Shown here one piece after another: positions 51,372-60,457 of a stretch of 64,000 bases of DNA. This DNA comes from Actinomycetota bacterium (GTDB lineage Bacteria > Actinomycetota > Nitriliruptoria > Nitriliruptorales > JAHWKO01). The position numbers were made by a program, and so were the translations under genes. The stretch covers positions 168,958 to 232,957 of the forward strand of contig JAHWKW010000001.1 in the NCBI GenBank assembly GCA_019347675.1, in the 5' to 3' direction. Position 1 is the stretch's first letter, and each line of letters opens with the position of its first letter. The notes beneath the pieces are model-generated. The model made no database searches, had not been told where the DNA came from, and worked only from the letters and a program-made list of their open reading frames with translations.

Positions 51372-53156
51372 GTGAGCCTGCTCGCTAGCCGCCTGCGGGT
51401 GATGGCCATCGCCCGCATCGCGCTGGTCGGTGCGCTGCTGCTGGCGCTGGCGCCGGTGTTCCGCGGTGCGCCGCCGAACACCGTCAGCATCCTGGCCAGC
51501 GTCAGCGTGGGCTACCTGGTCGTCAACGGGCTCTTCCTCCCGGTGCTGCACCGCTGGCCGCGGACGTCGCGGTGGCTGCTCGACCTGTCCCTGCTGGTCG
51601 ATGCGGCGTGGGCCGGGGCGGTGATGTGGCTGACCGGCGGGACCACCAGCGGCTTCATCTTCCTGATGCACCTGCAGTTGGTCGCGGCCACGGTGCTGTT
51701 CTCGTGGCGGAGCGGCGTGAAGTTGGCGATCCTGCACTCGATCGCCGTGTTCGCGATCTTCTACGGCCACGCGGTCGGCTTCGCAGCCGAGACCAGCGCG
51801 CAGGTCACGCTGGGGTTCTTCAACATCCGGCTCGATCCGACGCTGGGCGACGCCGACCGGGTCGCCACGCAGGTCGTGCGGGTCCACGCCATGGCTGCGG
51901 TCGTCACGATCTGGATCATCACCGGCGCGACCGCCTTCTTCAGCCGGGTCAACGAGCGTGCGTTGCGCCGCTCCAACCAGGAGCTCGCGCTGCTGCGTGA
52001 GCTGAGCGCCGACCTCGAAGCCAGCCTCGACCTCGGTGAGATCTCCGAAGCGATCGCACGGGGAGTGGTCGACGAACTCGGCTACAACCGGTCGATCGTG
52101 TGGATGGCCCAGGGCGGAGCGGAACTCGTCCCGGCCGGGGCGGCCGGGTTCGCCCCCGAGGACCTCGAGCGGATCGCGGCGTTCCGGCTGGTGGTGGGCC
52201 CCGGCCCGGTCGGGCGTGCCGTGGAGACGCGTCGGCCGGTCCTGATCGCGCGTGAGCACGCCCGTCCGGCGCCGCTCGCAGACGCTTTCACGATCGACAG
52301 CCCGCTGGTGATCGTTCCGCTGCAGACCGAGGGTCGGATCCTGGCGTTGCTGACGGTCGAGGTCGACGAGCCGTTGGGACGCGTGCCGCGGGTCAGCGGC
52401 CGCGACCTGCGGATCCTCAGCACGCTGGCGACGGAGGCATCGCTGGCGCTCGACAACGCGCGGCTGCACGCCGAGCTGCGCGACCTGTCGATCACGGATG
52501 CGCTCACCGGCGTGTACAACCACCGGCACTTCCAGCAGCGGCTGCAGGAGGAGCTCGACCGCAGCGCCCGGCTGTCCTCGCCGTCCGCGCCACGGCCGGT
52601 GAGCCTGGTCCTGCTCGACGTCGACCACTTCAAGAAGATCAACGACCGGTTCGGTCATCCCGCCGGCGATGACCTGCTGCGGGCCCTGTCGCGTCTGATG
52701 CAGCGGGTGCTGCGCTCCTCGGACGTGGTGTGCCGCTACGGCGGCGAGGAGTTCGCCGTCATCCTGGTGGAGACCGACGCCGCCGACGCGCGCCAGGTCG
52801 CTGGCCGTCTCCGCGAGGCGGTGGAGCGGTCGACCTTCGCGGCGTCGGACGGGCGGTTCCTGGGCCTGGTGACCGCGTCGTTCGGGGTCGCGACCTTCGC
52901 CGGCGGGGTGCCGTCACGCAGCGACCTGATCCGCGACACCGACGCCGCGCTGTACACGGCCAAGCGCCATGGACGGAACAGGGTCGTGCACGCCGAGGAC
53001 CGTGTTGGCGAGCTGACCGCCGCCACCGCAGCCGACGTCGCGACGCCGGTCGGGCCGCCACGTCCGGAGCAGCCAGCGGCGGCAGGTGGGGCCCCCGACC
53101 GTGCGATGGAGCCGGCACGGGCGACCGACGGCGGAGGACCCTCGCCCGGACTCTGA
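51372..53156 (+). CDS. Membrane-bound GAF-GGDEF diguanylate cyclase
   Basis: About 6 N-terminal TM helices, a GAF-like domain (LGYNRSIVWM...LVIVPLQTEGRILALLTVE), and GGDEF (DALTGVYNHRHF...LLDVDHFKKINDRFGHPAGD...RYGGEEFAVIL). It starts 8 nt after the FN3 gene stop. Confidence 0.9.
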   Translation: MSLLASRLRVMAIARIALVGALLLALAPVFRGAPPNTVSILASVSVGYLVVNGLFLPVLHRWPRTSRWLLDLSLLVDAAWAGAVMWLTGGTTSGFIFLMHLQLVAATVLFSWRSGVKLAILHSIAVFAIFYGHAVGFAAETSAQVTLGFFNIRLDPTLGDADRVATQVVRVHAMAAVVTIWIITGATAFFSRVNERALRRSNQELALLRELSADLEASLDLGEISEAIARGVVDELGYNRSIVWMAQGGAELVPAGAAGFAPEDLERIAAFRLVVGPGPVGRAVETRRPVLIAREHARPAPLADAFTIDSPLVIVPLQTEGRILALLTVEVDEPLGRVPRVSGRDLRILSTLATEASLALDNARLHAELRDLSITDALTGVYNHRHFQQRLQEELDRSARLSSPSAPRPVSLVLLDVDHFKKINDRFGHPAGDDLLRALSRLMQRVLRSSDVVCRYGGEEFAVILVETDAADARQVAGRLREAVERSTFAASDGRFLGLVTASFGVATFAGGVPSRSDLIRDTDAALYTAKRHGRNRVVHAEDRVGELTAATAADVATPVGPPRPEQPAAAGGAPDRAMEPARATDGGGPSPGL

Positions 53157-53218
53157 GTCCCCCGCGCCCGTTGCTAGCGTCCCGGCGGCCGAACACCAGC
53201 GCAGGAGGAGACCGGACC

Positions 53219-54559
53219 GTGCCGATGGACGCCATCCGCGACGCCATCCTCGACGGGGCGGTGGGCGACGAGCTCGCCCGCCTGGAGCTGCCCGAGACGA
53301 TGCGGGCGGCGGTCGTCCGCAAGGACGAGCAGGAGATGTTCGAGGGGTTGGAGCACCACGAGAAGGATCCCCGCAAGTCGTTGCACGTCGACGAGGTGCC
53401 GATCCCGCCACTGGGACCCAACGAGGTCCTGATCGCGCCGATGGCCTCGGCGTTGAACTACAACACCGTCTGGACGTCGATCTTCGAGCCCGTGCCCACC
53501 TTCGCGTTCCTGGAGCGCTTCGCCCGTGAAGGCGACCTCGGGGCGCGCCACGACCTCGACTACCACATCGTCGGCTCCGACGCGGCGGGGGTCGTACTGC
53601 GCACCGGCCCGGGGGTGACACGGTGGAAGCCCGGTGACCGGGTCGTCGTGCACTGCAACTACGTCGACATGGAGTCACCGCAGGGCCACGACGACTCGAT
53701 GCTGGACCCCTCCCAGCGGATCTGGGGGTTCGAGTCGAACTTCGGTGGCATGGCCGAGATCTCCATGGTGAAGGCCAACCAGCTCATCCCGATGCCGACC
53801 CACCTGACGTGGGAGGAGGCGGCGTCGCTGGGGCTGGTCCTGGCGACCGCGTACCGCATGCTCGTCGGTCACAACGAAGCCCGCATGAAGCAGGGCGACA
53901 AGGTGCTGATCTGGGGGGCCACCGGCGGGCTCGGGGGTTTCGCCACACAGCTGGTCCTCAACGGAGGAGGGATCCCGGTCTGCGTGGTCTCGTCCGACGC
54001 GAAGGTGAGGCTGCTCGAGGACGTCGGCGTCGAGGCGATCATCGACCGCAAAGCCGAGGGATACCAGTTCTGGACGGACGCCGGCGAGCAGGACTACCGC
54101 GAGTTCCGCCGCCTCGGGAAGAAGATCCGTGAGCTGATCGGCGGTGACGTCGACATCGTCTTCGAGCACGTCGGGCGGGCGACCTTCGGGGCGTCGGTGT
54201 TCGTCGTGAAGAAGGGCGGTGTGGTGGTGACGTGCGCGTCGACCACCGGCTACCGGCACGAGTACGACAACCGCTACCTGTGGATGAACCTGAAGCGCAT
54301 CCTCGGGAGCCACTTCGCGAACTACAACGAGGCATGGGCAGCGACGGAGCTGGTGGACCGTGGCATGATCCACCCGATCCTGTCCAAGACCTTCCCCCTC
54401 GACGAGGCCGGCCAGGGTGCCTACGACATGCACCACAACCTGCACGCGGGGAAGATCGGGATCCTGGTCAACGCCCCACAGGCGGGTCTGGGGGTGCAGG
54501 ATCGCGCCAAGCGTGCCCGCCACCAGGATCGCATCGACCGGTTCCAGCGCTTCGAGTGA
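53219..54559 (+). CDS. ccr: Crotonyl-CoA carboxylase/reductase
   Basis: MAAVV...KDPRKSLHVDEVPIP...NYNTVW...IVGSDAAGVV...WGFESNFGGMAE...WGATGGLGGFATQL...HHNLHAGKIGIL. Long MDR-family protein of the Ccr type. AGGAGGAG SD. Confidence 0.85.
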   Translation: MPMDAIRDAILDGAVGDELARLELPETMRAAVVRKDEQEMFEGLEHHEKDPRKSLHVDEVPIPPLGPNEVLIAPMASALNYNTVWTSIFEPVPTFAFLERFAREGDLGARHDLDYHIVGSDAAGVVLRTGPGVTRWKPGDRVVVHCNYVDMESPQGHDDSMLDPSQRIWGFESNFGGMAEISMVKANQLIPMPTHLTWEEAASLGLVLATAYRMLVGHNEARMKQGDKVLIWGATGGLGGFATQLVLNGGGIPVCVVSSDAKVRLLEDVGVEAIIDRKAEGYQFWTDAGEQDYREFRRLGKKIRELIGGDVDIVFEHVGRATFGASVFVVKKGGVVVTCASTTGYRHEYDNRYLWMNLKRILGSHFANYNEAWAATELVDRGMIHPILSKTFPLDEAGQGAYDMHHNLHAGKIGILVNAPQAGLGVQDRAKRARHQDRIDRFQRFE

Positions 54560-54576
54560 TCGCCGCCGGCCGCGGA

Positions 54577-55506
54577 TCACACCGGTCGCAGGCCCGTGGG
54601 GTAGAGGATGAGAGCAGCGAACAGCGGCACCACGGCCCACGCGTAGCGGCGGGTCTCGACGAGCACCGCCGCGACGATCACCGTCCCGGCACCCAGCAGC
54701 GCCACCCGCAGGGTGGTGAGGAAGTTCCCCGAGAACAGCTCGATCCCGATGATCAGCGCCACGATCGCCGGCGCCAGCACGGTGGCGCGGGTGGTGCGCG
54801 CCCCGGGTTGCACCAGCCGGTCGGCGATCAGCACCACCGCCATCAGTGCGCCCGCGTCGAGGAGCGCCCGCGCGATCGAGACCCGACCGGCGAGCGTCCC
54901 GAGCATCCCGACGACCAGCGCGCCGATCGCGGCGCCCATCCCGAACGTGCGCAGCGCCTGCAGCTGACCGATGTCGTTCTGGGCGAAGCCGTCACGGGCC
55001 TTGACCGCCAGGAACGTGTACAGCAGCACCGCCCCGGCGAACGCCGCGACGAACCCCAGCAGCGTCAGCACCGACGCGGTCGCCCCGCCAGGGAGGACTG
55101 CGAGGTTCCCGAGCAGCGCCAGCCACTGGTCGCGTACGGGCTGGCCGTCGAGGACCGCGGTGGGCTGGCTCCACTGGTACACGACGCCCACGAACACGAT
55201 CGGGACGGCCAGCAGCAGGCCAGGGGCGGTGCCGCGTCGCGGGCCGTCCAGACCGAACGCCGATGCGCCGTCGCCGCGGTACCGCGCCAGCAGGAGCGGC
55301 ACCAGCCCGTACGCAGCGAACACCAGGGCGACGTTCACGGCCAGCCCGAGCAGGCCCGTGGTCAGGAAGGGCAGGACCCCGCGGATCAGGAGGAACACCA
55401 GGGGAGCGAACAGGGCGGTGGCCGCCGCCAGGACGAAGTCGCTCCGCGCCTCTTCTGGGTTGGTCCACATCGGCGGTCGCTCGTTGCTCGTTGGCCGCCG
55501 GCGCAC
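54577..55506 (-). CDS. Hypothetical integral membrane protein
   Basis: About 8 hydrophobic helices. The start is uncertain (55506 or ATG 55470). Confidence 0.55.
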   Translation of the reverse strand: MRRRPTSNERPPMWTNPEEARSDFVLAAATALFAPLVFLLIRGVLPFLTTGLLGLAVNVALVFAAYGLVPLLLARYRGDGASAFGLDGPRRGTAPGLLLAVPIVFVGVVYQWSQPTAVLDGQPVRDQWLALLGNLAVLPGGATASVLTLLGFVAAFAGAVLLYTFLAVKARDGFAQNDIGQLQALRTFGMGAAIGALVVGMLGTLAGRVSIARALLDAGALMAVVLIADRLVQPGARTTRATVLAPAIVALIIGIELFSGNFLTTLRVALLGAGTVIVAAVLVETRRYAWAVVPLFAALILYPTGLRPV

Positions 55507-55625
55507 GCTAGCAGCGTCCCTTTCCGGCTCCCGCCGAGCAGATCGCTTCCCGTCAGTCCAGGTGGGATCCCGGCGGCGGGTCGCTGCGACCGTAAAGTCG
55601 AAGTGACCGACGTGAGGAGACCAAC

Positions 55626-55829
55626 ATGAGCGACAAGATCGAAGAACTGAAGGGCCGCGCCAAGGAAGCCGTCGGGGCGGTCACCGGCAAGGAGGACACC
55701 AAGGAGGCCGGTGAGGCGCAACAGGAGAAGGTCGACAAGCGCGACGAGGCCCGCCAGCAGGCCGCCGAAGCGCGCGAGGCGCAGGCTGAGGCCGAAGCCG
55801 CCCGAGCGGAGCAGACCCGCAAGGAGTAG
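55626..55829 (+). CDS. CsbD-family general stress protein
   Basis: MSDKIEELKGRAKEAVGAVTGKEDTKEAGEAQQEKV. GAGGAG SD. Confidence 0.85.
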   Translation: MSDKIEELKGRAKEAVGAVTGKEDTKEAGEAQQEKVDKRDEARQQAAEAREAQAEAEAARAEQTRKE

Positions 55830-55849
55830 GTGCCGACACCGTCGATGCG

Positions 55850-55874
55850 GAGGGCGACCCATCGGGTCGCCCTC
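55850..55874 (+). terminator. Hairpin terminator after the csbD-like gene (11-bp perfect stem, 3-nt loop)
   Basis: gagggcgaccc-atc-gggtcgccctc, 21 nt after the stop. Confidence 0.5.
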
Positions 55875-55939
55875 GGCGTTGAACAGCACCGTCGACGGCC
55901 GTCGCTGGCTGTGGACACCGTCACGTAGCCTGAAGACTG

Positions 55940-56785
55940 ATGGCTTTGGGCGCGTCGATCGTGGTGATCGGGGACGAGATCCTCGAGGGCTTCGTCCAGG
56001 ACACCAACTCGTGGTGGCTGGCAGGTCGACTGCGCCACCACGGGATCGAGCTGGCACGGATCGTGGCCGTCGGCGACGACGTCGACGAGATCGTCGACGT
56101 CCTGGGCCACGAGCTCCTCCGCGAACGTCCACGCGTGGTGTTCACCACCGGCGGGATCGGTTCCACGCCGGACGATGTCACCTACGAGGCGGTGGCGGCG
56201 GCACTCGACGTGCCGCTACAGACGGCCGGGGAGATCGAGCGGCGGGTCGAGGCGGCGGTGCAGTGGACCGCCGCTCACGGCGTCGACGTCGATGACCAGT
56301 TCGTCGACCACATGATGCGTATGGCCAGGATCCCGGCGGGCGGATCGTTGCTGGGCGGCGAGCCGAGCTCGTCGCCCGGCGTCCGCGTCGACGTCGACGA
56401 CGGGCTCGACGCTGACGGCGGCGCGGTGATCGTGATCCTGCCCGGCGTCCCCGCGCAGCTGCGAGCGATCGTCACGGACGTCGTCGAACCGCAGCTGCTC
56501 CGCGGCCGCGGACGTGACGACACGATCGCCGAGATCGCCCACGGCTTCCCTGAGTCGCTGCTCAACCGGTGCTTCGCTCGCCTCGCCGAGGAGCACCCGC
56601 AGGTCAAGGTTGGCTCGTACCCGGGCGTCCCGATGATCGTGCGACTGCGGGGCGAGGCGGTGGCGGTCGCGGCGGCGGTGGCGGCGGTCGAGGCTCATCT
56701 GCGCGAGTTGGAGGACCAACCTGGCGGGGCCCGGCTGCGCCGAGCGTGGAGCGACAGGCTCGCCGCCACGCAGGAGCGGCTGTGA
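55940..56785 (+). CDS. Molybdopterin-binding (MoCF/CinA N-terminal-like) domain protein
   Basis: ASIVVIGDEILEGFVQDTNSWWLAGRL...VFTTGGIGSTPDDVTYEAVA. Confidence 0.75.
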   Translation: MALGASIVVIGDEILEGFVQDTNSWWLAGRLRHHGIELARIVAVGDDVDEIVDVLGHELLRERPRVVFTTGGIGSTPDDVTYEAVAAALDVPLQTAGEIERRVEAAVQWTAAHGVDVDDQFVDHMMRMARIPAGGSLLGGEPSSSPGVRVDVDDGLDADGGAVIVILPGVPAQLRAIVTDVVEPQLLRGRGRDDTIAEIAHGFPESLLNRCFARLAEEHPQVKVGSYPGVPMIVRLRGEAVAVAAAVAAVEAHLRELEDQPGGARLRRAWSDRLAATQERL

Positions 56786-57669
56786 ACGGGCGGCTCCTGT
56801 TCGTGCACGCCCATCCCGACGACGAATCGTCCAAGGGTGCGGCAACCGCGGCACGATACGTGGACGCCGGTGCGCGCGTGGCGCTGGTGACCTGCACCGG
56901 TGGTGAGGCCGGCGAGGTCCTCAACCCCACCTGTGGGCCGGTCTCACCCGCCGACATGAGCGCGACGCGGGCGCGGGAACTCGCGGCTGCCTGCCAGGTC
57001 ATCGGCTTCTCGGTCCACTACGACCTGGGCTACGTCGATTCGGGCTTCCATGAGGATCCGGCGGGCATCCCCCCGGATGCGTTCGCTCGCCAGCCGGTGG
57101 ACCGCCCCGGGGCGGACCTCGCGACCATCATCCGTCACGAGCGGCCACACGTGGTCGTCACCTACCCGCAGGACGGTGGTTACCCGCACCCCGACCACGT
57201 CATGTGCCACGAGGTCACCGTCCGCGCACTCGAGCTGGCGGAGGACCCCGATGCGGACGTCGCCGGCGCGCCCTGTCGGGTCCCCAAGGTCTACGCCTGC
57301 CACGCGTTCCCGCCACAACGGGTCCTGGCGCTGCACGGTGCGCTCCTCGAGCGGGGCGCCGACAGCCCCTTCGAGGGCTGGATGGAGCGGCTCGCGCAGC
57401 GGCGCAGCTGGCCATGCGACGCCAAGATCCGCGTGGACGCGTGGTTCCAACGGCGTGACGACGCGTTGCGGGCGCACCGCACCCAGGTCGACCCCGGCGG
57501 GACCTGGTTCGCGTGGCCGCGTGACCTCGAGCGTGCGATCTACCCGTGGGAGTGCTTCACGCGGTTGCGATCAGACGTCTCGACCTCCGACTGCGAGGAC
57601 GACCTGTTGACTGGCCTGGACGTCACCGGCGACAGCCACGACCAGCCGGCTTCGGCCGTGGCCGAGTGA
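56782..57669 (+). CDS. mca: Mycothiol S-conjugate amidase (Mca) / MshB-family PIG-L deacetylase
   Basis: LLFVHAHPDDESSKGAATAARY...VTCTGGEAGE...DSGF...YPHPDHVMCHEV. GTG 56782 with an AGGAG SD, overlapping the upstream stop. Mca versus MshB is judged from the SSKGAAT motif, from memory. Confidence 0.75.
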   Translation: MNGRLLFVHAHPDDESSKGAATAARYVDAGARVALVTCTGGEAGEVLNPTCGPVSPADMSATRARELAAACQVIGFSVHYDLGYVDSGFHEDPAGIPPDAFARQPVDRPGADLATIIRHERPHVVVTYPQDGGYPHPDHVMCHEVTVRALELAEDPDADVAGAPCRVPKVYACHAFPPQRVLALHGALLERGADSPFEGWMERLAQRRSWPCDAKIRVDAWFQRRDDALRAHRTQVDPGGTWFAWPRDLERAIYPWECFTRLRSDVSTSDCEDDLLTGLDVTGDSHDQPASAVAE

Positions 57670-57695
57670 CCCGATCGGTCACGATCGTCGACCGG

Positions 57696-58793
57696 TCATC
57701 GGCGGATGTCCGGGCTGGCAGGCTCGGTGTCGACTCTGGCGGGGGTTGCCGCGCCCGCGGTCTGTGGCCGCGTTGCGATGTAGAACAGGCAGTCCTTGCG
57801 GGCGGCTTGCTCGGTGCGGGTCATCATCACCGGAGTCACCTCCCGGGTCAGCACGACCCGTCCGCCAAGCACCCGCACGTGGCTGGCGGTGGCATCCACG
57901 CCCCCGGGGCCGCACACCAGCAGCGGGTTGGCTGCGCCCGGCGCCACACGGCCCAGCAGGTGGCCAGCCGGGACCGTCCGGAAGTTGTGCGCGTCGGCGT
58001 CCTGCTCGACCACGAAGTCGACGTCGTCGCCGAGCTCGCCGCCGAACCGGAACCGCACCTCGGGGCGGACCATGACCTTGCGCAGGTCGCCGAGGAGGTC
58101 GTAGTCGCGCTCGACCACGTCGTCGCGAATCGTGGGCGTCCACAGGTAGCGACGCAGGCCGTCGACGGCGAACGCCAGGGACGCTTCCTGGCCGGGCAGC
58201 CCGCACTCGACCGCGATCGCCGGACAGACGTCGTCGAGGGCCTCCATCAGCGTCCCGACGCCGAGCTCCCAGTGCAGCAGCATCGTCGTGAAGGTCGTGG
58301 CGAGGTTGAGCTGGGCGGTGCGGACCTGCGTCACGATCGCGTAGAAGGGGTTGGTGCCGGTGTTGTTGTGCACGTCGACCATCGCGGCGATCTTCGCCTG
58401 GCGGAGCACATCCAGGATCCCGTTGGCGGCCAGGCGTAGTCGCGTGGTCGGTTCGCGCCCCCAGACCCGGTTGAGGTCCTCTTGATCGTCGAGGTAGCGG
58501 GCCTTGAAGCCGCCGTCGGCCAGGGCCGCCCGGACGTTGCCGATCACGACGAAGAGGTCGAACGGGTAGCGGTGCCGCTGACGCAGGATCCGCAGCGTCG
58601 CGCGGTACCCGGTGTCCTCGTCGCCGTGGAGCAGACACGCCAGGCCGCGCGGGGGGGCGTCGCCGGTTCCGGGGACCCTGATCAGCGTCGGTCGTTGCAG
58701 CTCACCCAGCAGCTCGAGGTCGTCGAGGTCGAGCAGGTGGTCGGGCAGCCCGTCGCAGAGATCGTTGAAGTACCTGTCGGACGCGCGCCTCAC
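57696..58793 (-). CDS. Succinylglutamate desuccinylase/aspartoacylase (AstE/AspA, M14-like) family protein
   Basis: LACLLHGDEDTG (HxxE zinc motif) ... MVDVHNNTG. GTG 58791-93 overlaps the GCS2 TGA as GTGA. Confidence 0.65.
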   Translation of the reverse strand: MRRASDRYFNDLCDGLPDHLLDLDDLELLGELQRPTLIRVPGTGDAPPRGLACLLHGDEDTGYRATLRILRQRHRYPFDLFVVIGNVRAALADGGFKARYLDDQEDLNRVWGREPTTRLRLAANGILDVLRQAKIAAMVDVHNNTGTNPFYAIVTQVRTAQLNLATTFTTMLLHWELGVGTLMEALDDVCPAIAVECGLPGQEASLAFAVDGLRRYLWTPTIRDDVVERDYDLLGDLRKVMVRPEVRFRFGGELGDDVDFVVEQDADAHNFRTVPAGHLLGRVAPGAANPLLVCGPGGVDATASHVRVLGGRVVLTREVTPVMMTRTEQAARKDCLFYIATRPQTAGAATPARVDTEPASPDIRR

Positions 58794-60280
58794 GCGTGGC
58801 AGGGTACCGGCCAGGTGTGGACGGGTTCGTTGGCGTGCATGTGCTCGATGTAGCAGCGGGTCATCTCCAGCAGAGCAGCGTCGCGGTCGAGGCCGTCGTG
58901 CTCGGTCAGGTGACGGACAGTGGCGACCTGCCAGGTCGCGCCGATCTGGCGCGTGAGGCAACGCTGCTCGATGATCCCGAGGAACCGTTCACGGTCCTGG
59001 GCGTCGATGTTCCAGCGTCCCAGCCCCTCGTCCGCGAGCGGCAGGAGGTGCTCACCGACGAGCTCGCTGGCCGACAGCGTTCCCAAGCCAGGCCAGTACA
59101 GCTGCGCGTCGATGCCGTCGCGCGCAGCGGCGAAGAAGTTGTCGGTGGCGACCCCGAACGACATCTGCTGGGACACGGGCTGAGACGCTTCGGCGAGCGC
59201 CCGCGTCGCGCCGTAGTAGAACGCTGCGTTGGCGATGACGTCCGCGACGCTGGGGCCGGCCGGCAGCACTCGGTTCTCGACACGCAGGTGTGGTCGGCCG
59301 CGGGCGACGGTGTAGACGGGGCGGTTCCAGCGGTAGATCGTGCCGTTGTGCAGCGCCAGCTCCCGCAGGTGGGGGACGTCTCCGCGATCGAGTACCTCGA
59401 ACGGGTCCTCATCGTCGACGAGCGGCAGGAGCGTGGGGAAGTAGCGGACGTTCTCCTCGTACAGGTCCAGGACATGGTCGATCCAGCGTTCCCCGAACCA
59501 AACGCGTGGGCGCACGCCCTGCGCCGCGAGCTCTGCGGTGCGCGTGTCGATCGACTGCTCGAACAGCGCGATGCGGGTCTCGCGCCATAGCTCCTTGCCG
59601 AGAAAGAAGGGCGAGTTGGACCCGACCGCCAGCTGAGCGGCGGACAGCGCCTGCGCCGCGTTCCAGTACCGGGCGAAGTCGTCGGGGTCGACCTGCAGGT
59701 GCAGCTGACACGAGGTCGACGCCGCTTCCATCATGATCGAGTTCGCCATCGTCATGAGGCGTTCGCGACCTTCGATCTCGATGCGGAACGCCTCTCCCCG
59801 TGCCGCCAGGATCTGGTCGTTGAGCGCGTGGTACCGCGGGTTGTTCGACAGGTTCTCACGGGTGACGTGCAGGTCCTTCAACGTGGGCAGGATCCCCACG
59901 ATCAGCATCCGGGCGTCGAGCTCCTCTGCCCGGCGCAGGGCGTGGTTGAGGCTGGCTCGCAGCTCGTCTTCGAGCTCGCGGAAGACCGTCCCCACGATCT
60001 TGTGCGGGGAGAGGTTGAACTCGATGTTGAACTGGCCCAGCTCCGTCTGGAAGTCACCGGCCTCGATCCGCGCCAGCACCTCGTCGTTGACCATCATCGG
60101 CGTGCCGGAGCGGTCCACCAGGTAGATCTCCAGCTCCAGGCCGATCCTGCTCCGGCCGACCTCGAAGCGGTCCTCCTCCTCGAGCAGGATCCGCAGCGTG
60201 TCCAGGCAGCGCTTCAGCTTCTCCCGGTACCTCTGGCGGTCTTCGGGAGTGAACTGCGTCGCGGTGATGTCCTGCCCCAG
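58790..60280 (-). CDS. Glutamate-cysteine ligase family 2 (GCS2) / carboxylate-amine ligase, long (about 500 aa) actinobacterial type
   Basis: [11 protein letters not shown]...[13 protein letters not shown]...[14 protein letters not shown]...SNSPFF. The first canonical start is GTG 60118. High-GC3 conserved-looking sequence ([30 protein letters not shown]) continues upstream to the stop at 60311-13. The 5' end given here is CTG 60278-80 with a GAGGA SD (see findings). Confidence 0.8.
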   Translation of the reverse strand: MGQDITATQFTPEDRQRYREKLKRCLDTLRILLEEEDRFEVGRSRIGLELEIYLVDRSGTPMMVNDEVLARIEAGDFQTELGQFNIEFNLSPHKIVGTVFRELEDELRASLNHALRRAEELDARMLIVGILPTLKDLHVTRENLSNNPRYHALNDQILAARGEAFRIEIEGRERLMTMANSIMMEAASTSCQLHLQVDPDDFARYWNAAQALSAAQLAVGSNSPFFLGKELWRETRIALFEQSIDTRTAELAAQGVRPRVWFGERWIDHVLDLYEENVRYFPTLLPLVDDEDPFEVLDRGDVPHLRELALHNGTIYRWNRPVYTVARGRPHLRVENRVLPAGPSVADVIANAAFYYGATRALAEASQPVSQQMSFGVATDNFFAAARDGIDAQLYWPGLGTLSASELVGEHLLPLADEGLGRWNIDAQDRERFLGIIEQRCLTRQIGATWQVATVRHLTEHDGLDRDAALLEMTRCYIEHMHANEPVHTWPVPCHA

Positions 60281-60457
60281 GAGGCGTTCCTCGCCGTGCC
60301 TCTGTCGCGATCATCGCAGCTGGAACCAACTGCCGCGGCGTCGTTTCGGGCAGGGATGCGGGGGCGGCGAGGCCAGTGGCCCCGACGCCTGACCGCGTGC
60401 CGCCACCGCCGACGGCCGTACCCTCGTCAGCACCGTTCGACGCAGGAAGGCTCGGTC

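Noticed and set aside
60054-60329. ATG-initiated 91-aa ORF as the true N-terminus of the GCS2 ligase via a frameshift
   Set aside because: This frame has low GC3 and a junk-like sequence ([17 protein letters not shown]...). The GCS2 frame is gene-like all the way to its upstream stop.
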